Shown one piece after another: positions 48,040 to 61,756 of a DNA stretch of 64,000 bases; the first letter of the stretch is position 1; each line of letters begins with the position of its first letter. A program made the position numbers and the translations under genes. The notes below the pieces were generated by a model. That model had not been told where the DNA came from. It did not search any database and saw only the letters and a program-made list of their open reading frames with translations. Source of the DNA: Mobula hypostoma (Eukaryota); contig NC_086097.1 in NCBI RefSeq assembly GCF_963921235.1, positions 160,086,001 to 160,150,000 of the forward strand. Reading direction: 5' to 3'.

Positions 48040-49492
48040 AAGTGACACTCTTCAAGAAAGGAGAGAGGCAGCAGAAAGAAAATTATGGGCCAGTTAGCCT
48101 GTCTTCAGTGGTTGGGAAGATGTTGGACTCCATCATTGAGGATGAGGTCTCAGGGTACTTGGAGGCACAATATAAAATAAACCAAAGTCAGCATGGCTTC
48201 CTTAGGAAGAAATCTTGCCCAAAAAAATCTGTTGGAGTTATTTGAGGATATAACAGACGGGATAGACAAAAGACAGTCAGTGGATGTTGTGCAGCTGGAT
48301 TTTCAGAAGATCTTTGACAAGGTGCTGCACATGAGGCTGCTTACAAGATAAGATGCCATGGTATTACAGGAAAGGTACTTGCACAGATAGAAAATTGGCT
48401 GAATGGTGGGAGGCAAAGCATGGGAATAAAGGGGGCCTATTCTGGTTGGCTGCTAGTGACTAGATGTGTTCCGCAAGGGTCAGTATTAGGACCATTTCTT
48501 TTTACATTGTATGTCACTGATTTGGATGATGGAATTGATGGCATTGTGGCTAAGTTTGCAAATGATACAAAGATAGGTGGAGGGGTAAGTAGTTTTGAGG
48601 AAGCAGGGAATCTGCAGAAGGACAGACAAATTGGGAGAATGAGTAAAGAAATGGTAGATGGAATATAGTGGAGGGAAGTGTATGATCATGAACTTTGATA
48701 GAAGGAATAAAGGCATAGATTATTTTCTGAACAGGGGGAAGAATTCAAAGATCAGAGGTGTATATGGACTTTGGAGTCCTTAGGGAGTCCTTCTCTAATC
48801 TAAAGTTTAACTTGTAGGTTGAGTCGGTGGTAAAGAAGGCAGAGGCAATGTTAACTTTTATTTGAAGATGACAAAAATATAAGAGCAAGGATGTAATGCT
48901 GAGGCTTTATAAGGTATCGGTCAGGCTGTACTTGGTGTATTGTGAGCAGTTTTGGGCCCCCAATCTAAGAAAAGACATGCTAGCATGGGAGAGGGTCATG
49001 TGGAAGTTCACCAGAATGAATCCAGGAATGAAAGGGTTAACATACAAGGAGTGTCTGATGGCTCTAGGCCTGTATTTGTTGGAATTTATAAGAATGAGGA
49101 GGGATTTCACTGAAACCTATTGAATATTGAAAGGCCTAGATAGAGTGGATGTGGAGAAGATGTTTTCTACAGCGGGTGAGTCTAGGACCAGGGGACACAG
49201 CCTCAGAATAGAGGAATATTCATTAAAACAAAGATGAGAAGGAATTTCTGTAGCCAATTGGGTGATGAATCTGTGAAATTCATTGCCACGAACATTCGTG
49301 TAGGCAAATTCATTGAACGTATTTAAAGCGGAGGTTAATAGGTTTGTGATTAGTCAGACCTTCAAAGGTTGTGAGGAGAAGGCAAGAGAATGGGTTTGAT
49401 AGAGATGAGAATCAGCATTGATGGAATGGTGGCGCAGACTCAATGGACCAAATGGCTTGATTCTGCTCCTATGTCTTATGGTCTTATGATCT
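48040..49492 (+). mobile_element. CR1 3' half
   Basis: VPQGSVLGPFLFTLYVTDLD, FANDTKIGG and YCEQFWAP; tail tatgtcttatggtcttatg. Confidence 0.92.
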
Positions 49493-51419
49493 TATTTATA
49501 CTCCTACAGGCTGTTTTGATTAGCAATCATTCATTTCCCACTCTTGGATGGCCCCTGGGAAAACCTTTGTCCCCACCTCATTCTCTTTATTATCCCTATT
49601 CTTCCTCCTCTCTGCAACTTAAAGCACACTTGTTTACACACATTTCCTGTTCTAATGAAACAGCATAGATCCAATACGTTATTGTTATCCATTTTTATCC
49701 ATTTCTCCAACAAATACAAATAGAAATAACTATATTTCTCTCCATTGATGTGGTCAGACCTGCCAATATCCTCAGCATTTTTGGTTATTTCAGATTTCCA
49801 GCATCTGCAGGTAATTTTTTTTTCAATGATTGATGTTTAGTTTTAACAATCTACACTCAATGATGCAAATAACTCAGCCGTGGCAATGTTTTCTAAACCT
49901 GGGTTAAAAGCCTTCCCATTGCACATAATTATTCCACAGCCTTGAATGTTTTCTGAAATATGCTTGAGGAATCACAGAAGATAGGATACCCATGACTATT
50001 CTGTTTAAATCCTTTGCTTATGTGATTGTGCAGTTCTAATCTTAACTACTGATGCCAATTTCACATCCCTCCCTTAGCAGGAGAACATCATCGTCTGCTG
50101 CAGAAGATTATTTAAAAATTGTTACAATACTAGCATGGCAAATGTCCAAATTTAAATAAAAACATACAAGCCTGCACTAGTGAGGTTATCATTATTCCCA
50201 GAGAGTTATTTCACTTGGAAGCAGGACTAACATGCCAATCTCCTGGGGAACTATAATAGGTAAGGCTTGCAAGTTATAAGCCATGTGCCAGTAAAGTCGA
50301 GTTTATTGGCAACTGCATGAGAATGGTGAGATACAGACCTAATGGAAAAAATGCTTGCAGCAGCATCACAGACACATAGGTTCAGACATACAATAAACTC
50401 AAGTTATACAAGACAGTGAGAAAAAGATTGCAAAATGAAATAATAGTGCAAAAAAGGAATCAGAGACAAATCCACAGTAGTGCGAGGGGTGGCCATGTTG
50501 TTACATTCCTGAAGTAGAATTAGGGTGGTACAGGTCAATTCAAGAACCTGATGGTCGATGGGACGTAATTGTCCCTGAACGTGGTGGTGAGGGACTTCAG
50601 GCTTCTGGATTTCCTGCTTCATGGTAGCAGCAGGGAGAGGACATAACTCACATATTGGGGATCCTTTTTAATACTATATCTTAAGTGCCACAGACAGGGG
50701 TGGAAAGCACATTGTGAGCCTATAGAGGCTGGTTGTAAAGTTTTGCTTCCTGATTACTGTGTAGAACCTACTCTGTCATCATGGAGGCTGCAAATAAAAG
50801 AGCCATCACAGAGGCTATTGAGTGACCCTCTAGATGGTTATGGATCAAGAGTGTGGACCAATGCAACTGGACACAAGCCAGGGCCTGATCAACCGTGGCT
50901 GAGTCACCTGGCAAAGGTCTCTCATGTTGAAAGATCTGATGACCCCAGGTGACATCACTCACAATGTGTCCTAGTGCATCCTGTGATGTATCTCAGCATC
51001 AAGAAAGTAGAAGTAAAAGCAAGCTACAGGAAGGTTTTCTCTGTTTTGTTTTCATTGTTTGATCATGGGAAACGAGCACTGATGGCAAGCCAGTATTTTA
51101 GGATTACCTCATGTCACGGAGAACTGTAAGTTGTGCAGAGCTTCTACCTCTGTTCACTACTTTAGAAGTCAAACCATATGGAATAACAAACCAAAGCATC
51201 AGCACCCGCCACTGAGCACTCAAGTGTGAGCAAAGCAACAGCAAAGACACGGACTTGCAGTTACTCCAAAAACGTTGCGTTTCACCCGGTATTCAACATA
51301 CCACAGGTTCCCTTTGGCTTAGGCTGAGCCCTTGGCATGCCGAACAACGGCCAGTTATGAAACTCCGAGAGCAGGACCCATTCCCGCAAAGGACCGACCT
51401 CTCTCATTAGCAAGGCAGT

Positions 51420-51739
51420 TTTGCCCATAGAACTGTTGCTCACTAAATGTTATTTTGCTTTTCATACCATCTTCTGTAAGCTCTAGAGACTGTTGTACAT
51501 GAAAATCCCAGGAGATCAGCAGTTTCTGAGATACTCAAACCACCCCATCTAGCACCAACAATCATTCTTTGACAAAGTCATATCAAATTTCTTTCCCATT
51601 CTGATGTATTATGTGAACAACAACAGAACCTCCTGACCATGTCTGTATGCACTAACGCACTGAGTTGCTGCCACATGGTGGATATTTACTTTAACAAGCA
51701 GGTGTACAGGTGTACCTAATAATGTAGCCACTGAGTGTA
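51420..51739. mobile_element. Tc1-like non-autonomous fragment (one TIR)
   Basis: Ends ggtgtacctaataatgtagccactgagtg-TA, resembling a Tc1-type TIR; recognised by pattern only. Confidence 0.5.
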
Positions 51740-51789
51740 CTGTGTATCAATGGTGCTGACGTTGAGGGGTTTCACAGTTTCACTTTTCT

Positions 51790-52390
51790 TGAAGTTTATC
51801 ATGGTCCCAGCACATTGACCCCACAGTCAAGAAAGCTCATCAATACCTTTATTTCCTCAGGAGGCTAAAGAAATTTGATATCTCCCATTTGAACCTCACC
51901 AATTTGTTTTTGATGCACCATGGAAGGCATCATGTCTGGATGCATAACAGTTTGATATGGCAGCTTTGCCCATGATTGCAAACAAAAATGCAGAGTTGGG
52001 GACTCAGCACAGCACATCATGGAAACAAGACTCTGACTGTACTTCTTGCTGCCTCAGTAACGTAGCCCTGTCATGCAGAAGATACAAAAGCCTGAAAGCA
52101 TATAGCACCAGACTCAAGGACAGCTTTCATCCTGTTATTATGAGACTTCTGAATGGTTTCTCTAGAATTATGATGTGGACTCCTGACCTCCCAGTCTATG
52201 TCGTTGTGCCCATGCACTTGCTGTCTACCTGCACTGCACTTCCTCTCTACTTTAACACTGCATTCTCCACCCTATTATTTTTTAACCTTGCACTCCCTAA
52301 TGCACTGTAATGAATTGATCTCTGTGCATGGTGTGCAAGACAGGTTTTTCACTGTAGCTCAGTACAAATGACAGTAACAAACCAATTCAC
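51790..52390 (+). mobile_element. Rex1/Babar 3' fragment
   Basis: LYFLRRLKKF and RRYKSLKAYSTRLKDSF. Confidence 0.75.
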
Positions 52391-52444
52391 CAACTTGCCA
52401 AATTAGTAATCAACTGCCTAACTAAATTAATACATATTCTTCTA

Positions 52445-53550
52445 CCGACACAAGTTCCATATTCTGCATATTCATGTGAGTATCTAAGGATCTCTTAAAG
52501 ACTAATCATATTTGCCTCCACCACTACCTCTGGCAGTTCATTTCAGGCATACATCACACCATGTGTAAAAAAGCTTGCCCACATCTCCTTTAAAATTACT
52601 TCCTCTCACCTTAAATGCATGCCCTCTGGTATCAGATATTTCGATCCTGGTTAAAAAAAAGTGGCTGTCTACTTTTTCTATGCCTATTATAAAATTCAGT
52701 CAGGTCTCTCTCCAGCTTCTGCTCCTCCAGGTAACACAATTCAAGGGGGACAATTGAGAACATCCTGACTGTCTGCATCACTGCCTGGTATGGAAATTGT
52801 ACTTACCTCGATCACAAGACATTGTAGACAGTGGTGTGGACAGCCCAGAGCATCTGTCGTTGTGAACTTCCCACTATTCAGGACATTTACAAAGACAGGT
52901 GAGTAAAAAGGGCCCAAAGGATCACTGGGGACCCCAGTCACTCCAACCACAAACTGTTCCAGCTGCTACCATCTGGGAAATGGTACCACAGCATAAAAGC
53001 AGGACCAATATGCTCTGGGACAGCTTTTTCCACCAGGCCATCAGACTGCTTAATTCGTGCTGACACAACTGAATTTCTATGTTATCTTTACTATCCTGTT
53101 GTACATACTATTTATTATAAATTACTATAAATTGCACATTGCATATTTAGATGGAGGCATGAGGAATTTTACTCCTGATGTATATGAAGGATGTAAGTAA
53201 TAAAGTCAATTCAATTCAATCCTTATAGCATACAGCCTCTGATCCAGATGGAACCCTCTTCTGCACCCTCTCCAAAGCCTCCACATCCTTCCTATATTGA
53301 AGCAACCAGAATTAAATGGTAACACACTTGAAAAGCACAACTAGAGTTTTATAAAGCTACCACAAAACTTCCAGACTCTTGAATGTAATGCCTTAATTAA
53401 TAAAAGCAAGAATGCTTTATGCCTTCTTAAACGTCCTATTGACACACGTGACTGCTTTCAGCAAGTGATGGAGTTGGATCCTAAGGTCCATCTGTTCATC
53501 TACACTGCTAATGGTCCCGTTATTAACTGTGTACTGCCCATTACTTTTGA
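52445..53550. mobile_element. Minus-strand CR1 fragment containing a plus-strand Rex1 3' end (about 52735-53220)
   Basis: IENILTVCITAWYG and HPNHKLFQLLPSG; (aattc)n tail at 53207-53221. Confidence 0.75.
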
Positions 53551-53639
53551 TGGGTTGTAAGCCACCTTGAAGAAATGAAATAACCCCTGATTATTGAATA
53601 TTCCTTGTAAGTGACTGTTTTAAGTGAAAAAGGAGAAAA

Positions 53640-53850
53640 ACTCAAAGCACTGATTCAAGATTACAGAGAGTGACAACAAACATTGGAAGGAACACACAGC
53701 CTCACCAACGATCCACTCTCTCAGTCCTGGCAGCCACTCCTGCTCCAGCTGTGGAAAAGTCTACAGTATCCACACTCTCATCATTAACCACTACAGAACT
53801 AATAAAACAGAAAAGTTGCCCTCTGTCGATGAAGAAACGAACTTGTAAAT
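53640..53850 (+). mobile_element. Probable RTE-clade LINE 3' end (C2H2-like remnant)
   Basis: One frame reads HSCSSCGKVYSIHTLIINHYRT, similar to the C-terminal CxxC...SH.R.H of RTE elements. Confidence 0.45.
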
Positions 53851-54420
53851 CCAGGCCAGAGCATTTGGTTTCTATGAGCATTGAGAAATAACTTTGCAAA
53901 ATTCCATGGGAGGGGCGAGATATTTTGAATAGGACATTAATTCAAGGCCTTGAATTACTTTATCAGCCATATGTTGAACTGAGCTGATGCTTTCTAATGT
54001 CAGCCAATATAAAGTATGTGACTCCTGGAATTTATTGAATCTACTACATCCAGAAGGATTTGACAGGTAAATTACAGTGTACCTGCCATTCTCATCTCTC
54101 CTAAAATGTGGACTCCAGACGTGGATCTTCATCCTTCCAACAAGCCAATTGACTTGAAGAGGGATTAGTAATTTAGCAGATTAGACAAGAAAAGGTAAAT
54201 CCTATTACCTAATCTTTTTTAAGAGTTTTTTATTATTCTTAATTTTTAAAGCTATTAATAGTCATCAAGTGTCAAATACTGCCAAGGAATTCAGAACTGG
54301 GACCTCAGCTATACCTCTCTTGGGCTGCTCCTTTACCTCCACATCCCAGTTCGTTTGACCCTTCTTGCATCCAGCTCAGGTAAATGTGCACAGTCACAGA
54401 CAATTGTTGGCAAGTAAAAG

Positions 54421-56045
54421 ACCATAAGACCACAAGATATAGGAGCAGAATTGGGCCACTTGACCCATCGAGTCTGCTCCACATTTCATCATGGACAATC
54501 CAATGTTCCTCTCAGCCCCAGTCTCCTGCCTTCTCCCTATATCCCTTTATGCCCTGACCAATCAAGAATCTATCATCCTCTGCCTTAAATATACACAACG
54601 ATTTAGCCTCTACAGCTGCCTGTTGCAAAGAATTCCATAGATTCACCACCTTCTGTCATAAGGCGGTGGCTCGGAACGGACCCAAGTTCAAGACACAGAC
54701 ACTGAAGTACTAGGGACAGGACTAGGATACAGGGAGAGGGCAAAGACATGGACATGAAAACCGGGTACCCGCAACAGGACTGGACAAGAGAGCTAGGAGC
54801 CCGAGCTTGGACTCCGAGCCAGAGACTGTTCAAGGACCCAGTACCTGGGTCTTGCCTCTGGCTCGGACCCCAGAACTAGGCAAGGGTGAGGCTTGGCTGG
54901 CAGGCAGGATGAGGCTGGAGTCTTCAGGCTTGAGGCTAGAGACTAGAGGCTAGGCTTGGCAGGAGGCAGGAGGCTGGAGTCTGCAGGCTTGAGGCTAGAG
55001 GCCAGAGACTTGAGGCGAGGCTTGGCAGGGGGCAGGAGGCTGGAGTTTTCAGGCTTGAGGCTACAGGCTAGAGACTTGAGGCAAGGCTTGGCAGGGAGTC
55101 TTCAGGCTTGAGCCTAGAGGCTAGAGACTTGAAGCAAGGCTTGGCAGGAGGCAGGAGGCTGGAGACTTGACTGGAGGCCGGAGGCTAGAAGCTCCTCCTG
55201 GGCAGGGCGTGGTACTCCTGGGCAGGGCGCGGATCACCACCCGACAGAGGAAAGGGACAGGATGGGGCAGAACCAACCGCAGGTAACGGCAAGATGGCCT
55301 GGCTTACCTGACGGAGGCAAGGGTTAGGAAGGGACAGAACCAACCGTAGGTAATGGCAATACTGCCTGGCTTACCCAACGGAGGCAAGGGACAGGAAGGG
55401 ACAGAACCAACCGCAGGTAACGGCAAGGTGGCCTGGCTTACCTGTCAGAGGCAAGGGACAGGAAGGGAGCTAGGTAAGGGTGGCTCCAGGACAAGACTGC
55501 AGGCGAGACGAGGCGTGAGTTACCAGCAAGACAAGGCAAGGCTTCAGGCAATGCAAGTCGAGACAAGAACTTCAGGTGAGGCTAGAGTTACCGGCAAGAC
55601 AAGGCAAGGCTTCTGGCGAAGCAAGGCAATACGAGAACTTCAGGCAAGGCGAGGGTTACTGGCAAGACAAGGCAGGGCTTCAGGCAAGGAAACAGAAGGC
55701 AGAGGAAGAGATACAAGGAGTAAGGACAAGAACAATCCAGCGGCCACACCCTGGTCTCAGAAGGTATTTATGCAGTCAGCCCCAATGAGCATCAGCTGTC
55801 TCAATTAGAGCTCAACAAGAACAGAAACATGGTAGAAAGGAAAACCTGGAGCAAGGGTCGATGGACTGGACCGTGAACCGGAATACGGACTGCACGGACC
55901 AGACCGGACCATGACACCTTCTGGCTAAAGAAAGTCTTCTTTATCTCCATTCTAAAAGGATGCTCCTCTATTCTGAGGCTCTGTCCTCTGATATTAAACT
56001 CTCTCACCATAGGAAGCATCCTCTCCTCATCCACTCTATCAAGGC
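54421..56045 (-). mobile_element. CR1 3' fragment hosting a solo LTR
   Basis: CR1 sequence ...ttcaccaccttc|tggctaaagaaa... is continuous once 54654-55921 is removed. Confidence 0.85.
54654..55916 (-). mobile_element. Complete solo LTR (1263 bp) with 5-bp TSD and internal tandem repeats
   Basis: TGTCAT...ATGACA termini; TSD ccttc at 54649-54653 and 55917-55921; TATA-like cataaata on the minus strand. Confidence 0.9.
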
Positions 56046-56269
56046 CTTTGTCATTAGTTTGTTTGTATGTTCAGCATTAAGTTGTCAGTCCAGAGTCAAG
56101 AGCCAATTCACACCTGATTACATGCGAAAATCAATGAGGCTGAGGTAATGATGCAACTTTGATGCAATGATGCAACTTTGTCTTGCTGGGTAACAAAATG
56201 TCTGCATGCTAACAAGCCAGCTCAGCGAGACACTCAACAACACAAAGAGAAATGCTTGTGAGATTACAC

Positions 56270-57370
56270 AAATAATATTGAAATATTAAATACACAACAC
56301 TCCTCCCTGCTTAGCTGTAAACCCCAACTCAACAGAGAATAAATCTCAACTATATACATCGTATATTATGGAATACAACTACTATATAGACATCCACAGC
56401 ATAGTAAATTTAAAATTGTCCCATTCAGGGCTAAAGATTTAATCATTGTGGACAATTTCTTACTCTTCTAGGATAATGATGAGACTTGTTGCTGTGAAAT
56501 AATCTCAGGCTGTGGGTGATTGTAGGAGTTGACTCAGACCGCAGGAAGTGGTTCTCACAGTGGTGGCCACTTTTTGTTCCTTTCTCAGCTTTTCCTTCTG
56601 GATCTACTTCAATCCATACTTCTGTCCCAGTCCTGGTTTCTTTCTCCTTTTTCGTTTTTCTCAAGTTTCTTCTCTTTCGTGCCCTTTTCTTTACCATTCT
56701 CATCCTTTCTCTCTATCACTTCCTTTTCAACTTGTCTTTTTATTCTCACCTTCATTTTCTTCTTTCTATGATGTGCACCTTGATCTTGGGAAGATGCATT
56801 CAGTTCACTGGAGTACTCTCTTATTATTCCTTCTATTGCTCTCTTTCCAGTCTGATCTCTCCTCTTCGTTTCCACATCCACAACATCATCTACTCCTTTT
56901 TTTGCCTTCCCTTCATCCAGCTGGCCTTTGGTCTTTTCATTTACTTTTACAAACAGCTTTTTTGTCTCCCTGTTGATGTCCTTAATGGACACAGATTAGA
57001 TTCTGGTTCTTTATTCTCACAAAAGCCAAACACTTGCAAATTTACTGAAGCTCCTTGGACTATCTTCCATCTTAAAACCAAATCACATTTTTCAAGCAAC
57101 TGCCTGATTAAATGCCAGAAGCTTTCTCAGATATATTGCCTACAAAAAACTGTTGAAGTTTGACAGCTGTTTTCATCACTTTTCTGATTCCTCTGAGCAG
57201 CATGGCTCGTCGTTGGTCCAATATGTTTTCCATCCAGAGGCACAGAGGTTGGCACCAGTGACTATTTGTCCTCTGTTTGACAACAGTTCATGTTGTCTAG
57301 TACATAAGTGCCATTACAAAGGAAGCAGGGTAGCTACTCTACTCTCTTTGACGTTTGCGAATATTCACCA
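56270..57370 (-). mobile_element. Non-autonomous Gypsy-like element with K/E-rich block (copy 2)
   Basis: Same LTR edge and PPT (aaatattaaatacacaaca-ctcctccct) and colinear interior as 11810-13260; HYPRRVRNCPQ tail. Confidence 0.7.
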
Positions 57371-57377
57371 TGTTATC

Positions 57378-57962
57378 TAAAACATTGACAAACTTCTATG
57401 GATTTGTGGTGGAGAGTATATTGACTGCTTTCATCACAGACTGGCATGGAAACGCCTATGCCCTTGAATAGAAAAGCCTACAAAAAGTAATGGATACAAC
57501 CCAGTCCATCACAGGTAAAGCTGTCACAGGAAAGCAGCATCCATCATCAGGACCTCCACTGTCCAGGTCATGCTCTTCTCTCACTGCTATCATCAGGAAG
57601 AAGGTACAGCAGCCTCAGAACCTGCACCACCAGGTTCAGGGACAGAATTGCCCCTCAAACATCAGGCTCTTGAAACAGAGAGGATAGCCTCACTTAACTT
57701 CACTCGCCCCATCACTGAAATGTTCCCACAATGGACTCACTTTCAAGGACTCCTCATTTCATGTTCTCAATGTTTACTCTTTTTTTCCTTTTTGTATTTG
57801 CACAGTTTGTTATATTTTGCTCATTGCTTGTTTTTCTGTACTGCTGGTGGCAGGTTTTCATTGATTCTATTGTTTCTTGTATTTACAGTGAATACCAATG
57901 AATCTCAGGGTTATATACGGTGCCATATATGTACTTTGATAATAAATTTACCCTGAACTTCA
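57378..57962 (+). mobile_element. Rex1/Babar 3' fragment
   Basis: VESILTAFIT.W and LQKVMDTTQSITG; 3' UTR ending aataaattta..ctgaactt. Confidence 0.8.
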
Positions 57963-60079
57963 AATCTGAATACAAACACCCAAGTATAGTTTCACCACCT
58001 CTCAATCTATGCATCACAACCTTCCAATTGTTAAACTCAGTGCCCTGATTAAAATAGGGCAGCATGCCATATCACCAACTTGTCTACTTGTGATTCCACT
58101 TCCAGTGAACCACGGTCATCACCTCCAAGGTCTCTTTGTTCTACAACACTCACTAGTTGATAAATAATGAGCGAAGCTGGTGATTGGGATGTGCTTGATT
58201 GATAGTCACATATACACTCTAGCTGCAATGCTGAGGTAAGCATTAGTTCAGTACAGAAGATCATATAGGTAAAACAGTTTTGCATTAATTCTGTAGATTA
58301 GCTACAATCCAGCATCCGTTAATATGAAATATTGTCACATTATACCCTGAGACATGAGGAACTCGAACTAAGTGTTTAGCTTATTCATGAGTTTCTCAGA
58401 AACTGCTTCTGGACTTTTGATACACAGTGATCGTATCAGCAAACTGAAAGGCCATATGCAGTTGGCATTTGAATTAACAGACCACTTATTAAAACTGGTT
58501 TTCACCTGGAGACTAGTAAAAGCTGATCTAGCTGAGCTTTAGAACAGCTTTCCCTTTCTCGGTTGATGAGATTACTCAAAGACAGTAAAACTGGGTTTTG
58601 ATAAGAGAACAGTAGTTACACTTAATTAATTAACAGATTAGATTTTGATTACAAAATAAAAGGATTATCCGGAAGTCTAACTTTGTTTATAGTAAATCCA
58701 ATATTTTATTACAACAATGGGTGTATGCTCCATCTCCTGAAACTTGGACGTCCTCACTGTTGCACTCCACGTCTCTATGTTTAGGCAACTCCATTTCCCC
58801 GTTATTACATTAGCATAATCCACGTCCTTATTAGCCCGCGCTATTCTTTCATTTATAACACTGATATAGCCCAAAGACGAAGGGCTCAATCCTTAAAGGG
58901 ATGACAGCCAACGTAAGAAAATAATTATTCAAATTAATATTGTATTTTTCCTCAGACAGTCTTGTACTGGGGGTCCAGACTAGTTTCAAAGCCAAAAATG
59001 AATTGAAACAGGAACTCATTGGGTTGAGAAGCATTTATGAAGGCAAAGGGATGGATTAGTATTTCAGGTTGACATCTGTACTTGGACCTAGAGGTCCAGA
59101 GGTGAAGTTAGGCCAGTTTAGGAAGGAAGGAGGGGGGAAGTGTTGAGACAGAGAGAGTCAGGTCATAGTTAGAGAGAAATAAAGAAGTGATGATGGGCAG
59201 TAAGAACCAGGTGGGGAAGGGTAATGAGTCTTGGTGACAAGTGGGGGGGGGGGTGAATGGATGAGAAAGGAGAACAAAGGAGAGGGAACCTGTATGGACT
59301 GGTAGGAGTGGGGAAAGAATACAGGGAGTATGGGTGACCTGAAACTCGAAAATTCAATGTCCTTGAAGTTATTGTGCACATAATAGACACTTGTTTCAGA
59401 TCTTCAGCATGGGGCCATGATTTGACTCCGTTTATGTTCAGAGACATGACAAAAAGTACCAATTTATTTCTGTAATGGTAGGACCACTTGAGGTAATTTA
59501 TTTTAATAGAATCCTCTACTTCAACAGAGGAACTGAATGTGCTAACGTAACTTGTGTGATAGGAGGGCCATGGGAGTAAGTATCCTACTTTTCAAACAGA
59601 AAGTCAGCCCTATTGCATCACAGGATGGCACTATGTGTATATTTTTATGTGATCCAAGAGGCTGTCCCCCTAATGAAAACAGAAGACCTATGGACACATC
59701 AGGTCCATTGGGGAACAACCCAAGACTGTCTTCAGTGACAGTCATCCAAACAATTTAGAGGTGGTGATTGTCACTTTAACTCAAGCTCAAGCAGGCTGTA
59801 ATGCACACAGTATGACCTCCTTTCATTATTAATGCCCATACAGTTTCTCCAACGTTCTTCAGAGTTGTAGCAGCAGTTCTGGACTCTAACTGATTGTCAC
59901 ATTGTGCATCAGGTGGACAGACAATAGACACATAGAAGCCTGCAATCCAATATCAGGTTATGCATATGTTCTCACAGAAATGCTAAAAAATGAAAGATCA
60001 ACTTTGTTTAGCACAAGTACATCAAAACATCTAAACATACAGTTATATGGGTTGTTTGCATTAATGATAAACACTGTCT

Positions 60080-60330
60080 GTGGATGTACTAGGGGCAGCC
60101 TGTAAGATTCGCCATGCTTCCAGTGCCAACATAGGATGCCCACAACTGACAAACCCTGAGCTATATGCCCTTGGAATGTGGAAGGAAACTGGAGCACCCA
60201 GAGAAAACCAAAACAACCAAAACCTGGAGAACATGCAAACTTCTTACAGACAGCGGTGGGAATTAAACCCTGATCAGTTATTGCTGGCACTGTGAAGAAT
60301 TGTGCTAATTGCTATGATACTATGCGCATT
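60080..60330 (-). mobile_element. V-SINE/HE1-like fragment
   Basis: ggaatgtggaaggaaactggagcacccagagaaaacc...ggagaacatgcaaactt. Confidence 0.6.
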
Positions 60331-60899
60331 AATGATCATTTGAGATTAATCTTGCATTACTATTCTTTCTCCACAAAATTCAAATTCAAGTTCAAAGTCA
60401 ATACAAGTTTACTGACTGATGCACAAGTGCATGTGTGCCTGGATTCAGTGAATGATTTACCTGCAGCAGCATCTCAGGCACATAGCATGCCATAAGCAGC
60501 ATTTGCAAGTTCAGTTTTGTTGTCATGGACATACGTACCCGTGGAATAAATACCATGTCAGTTTTCTTTTCCTAGGCTATAGGCTTTTCCTTGCCTCTGC
60601 AATCAGAATCCTTCACAGGAAATTTATAACATCGGACAAGCTATCCTGTCCAAATGGTTAATGCTGATGTTTTTGTCAAACATGATCCTTCTCCCGTCCT
60701 ATATAATTCAGATCCTACAGCATATCTTGCTCTCTGTTCTTCCTCATGTACTTGCAGTACCTAACTTCTGCTGCAATCCACCCGTTCTATTTACATCAGT
60801 GATTCCTTACAAAAGTAAACGCATCATTTTAATCAGTGCCTAGGAAAATATGTTTCAGAGACATTTTAAAATCATCTGTGCACACAAAGCAAATTAAGT

Positions 60900-61088
60900 G
60901 CAAACAACAGGAATTCTGCAGATGCTGGAAATTCAAGCAACACACATCAAAGTTGCTGGTGAACGCAGCAGGCCAGGCAGCATCTCTAGGAAGAGGTGCA
61001 GTCGACGTTTTGGGCCGAGACCCTTCGTCAGGACTAACTGAAGGAAGAGTGAGTAAGGGATTTGAAAGCTGGAGGGGGAGGGGGAGAT
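60900..61088 (-). mobile_element. Solo PLE 3' terminus with 11-bp TSD; hammerhead GAAA mutated to AAAA
   Basis: Near-identical to 43507-43700; TSD gcaaattaagt at 60889-60899 and 61089-61099. Confidence 0.9.
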
Positions 61089-61756
61089 GCAAATTAAGTC
61101 ATCAATCTAAAATGCAGCACTGAGTTTAGTTCTGTTAACTATTTTCTGAACTAGAATAACAAAGTATGGAATTCTCAGAGCCCCTTAACCCTGGCCTAGA
61201 CATTGAATATATTTTTAGACTAACTGATGTATTTCTATTTAATGGGATCTGTTTTGGGGCAATGGATGAACTCAGGGCACTGAAAATTTGTCTAAAACAA
61301 TTTACATTTAACACAACAGAGCAAATCCCTGTTTGCAGGACTATCACTCAAGCCATCTCACAGAAAGAAGTGGAGCTACTTGAACTGGGTGTATCTTGCT
61401 GAGTGAATGTTTGTGTCTCTTCTAATTTAGCTTTAAGGATATAAAAAAAATCAGAAAGTCCTTGCAAACTGTAGCCCCTCAACTTCTGGCTCCACTCCAG
61501 TTGCAGAGCTATGATCTTGAACCACCTTGCATGGGCAGGGATAAAATGATTATTTCCCTGGTAAAGCAACTTCTTCTGGATATCCCTCAATGCAAATGTA
61601 ATAAACAGGACAAGGCAAACATAATCTTTATAACTATGAGCAGAGGATCAATTTTAAGTAAAGGTATAAAAGAAAGCAATAATGTTACTACAGGAAAGGA
61701 TGGCACTTTAGTTAAAATGTCATATTAATGTCATATACAACAGCCTTTTCAATATT

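Noticed and set aside
56516..57163. Hydrophobic 215-aa ORF (and the similar one at 12075-12407) as a membrane protein
   Set aside because: It is the antisense reading of the purine-rich block in the LTR element
61166..61402. 78-aa ORF as a coding exon
   Set aside because: No recognisable homology or convincing splice signals
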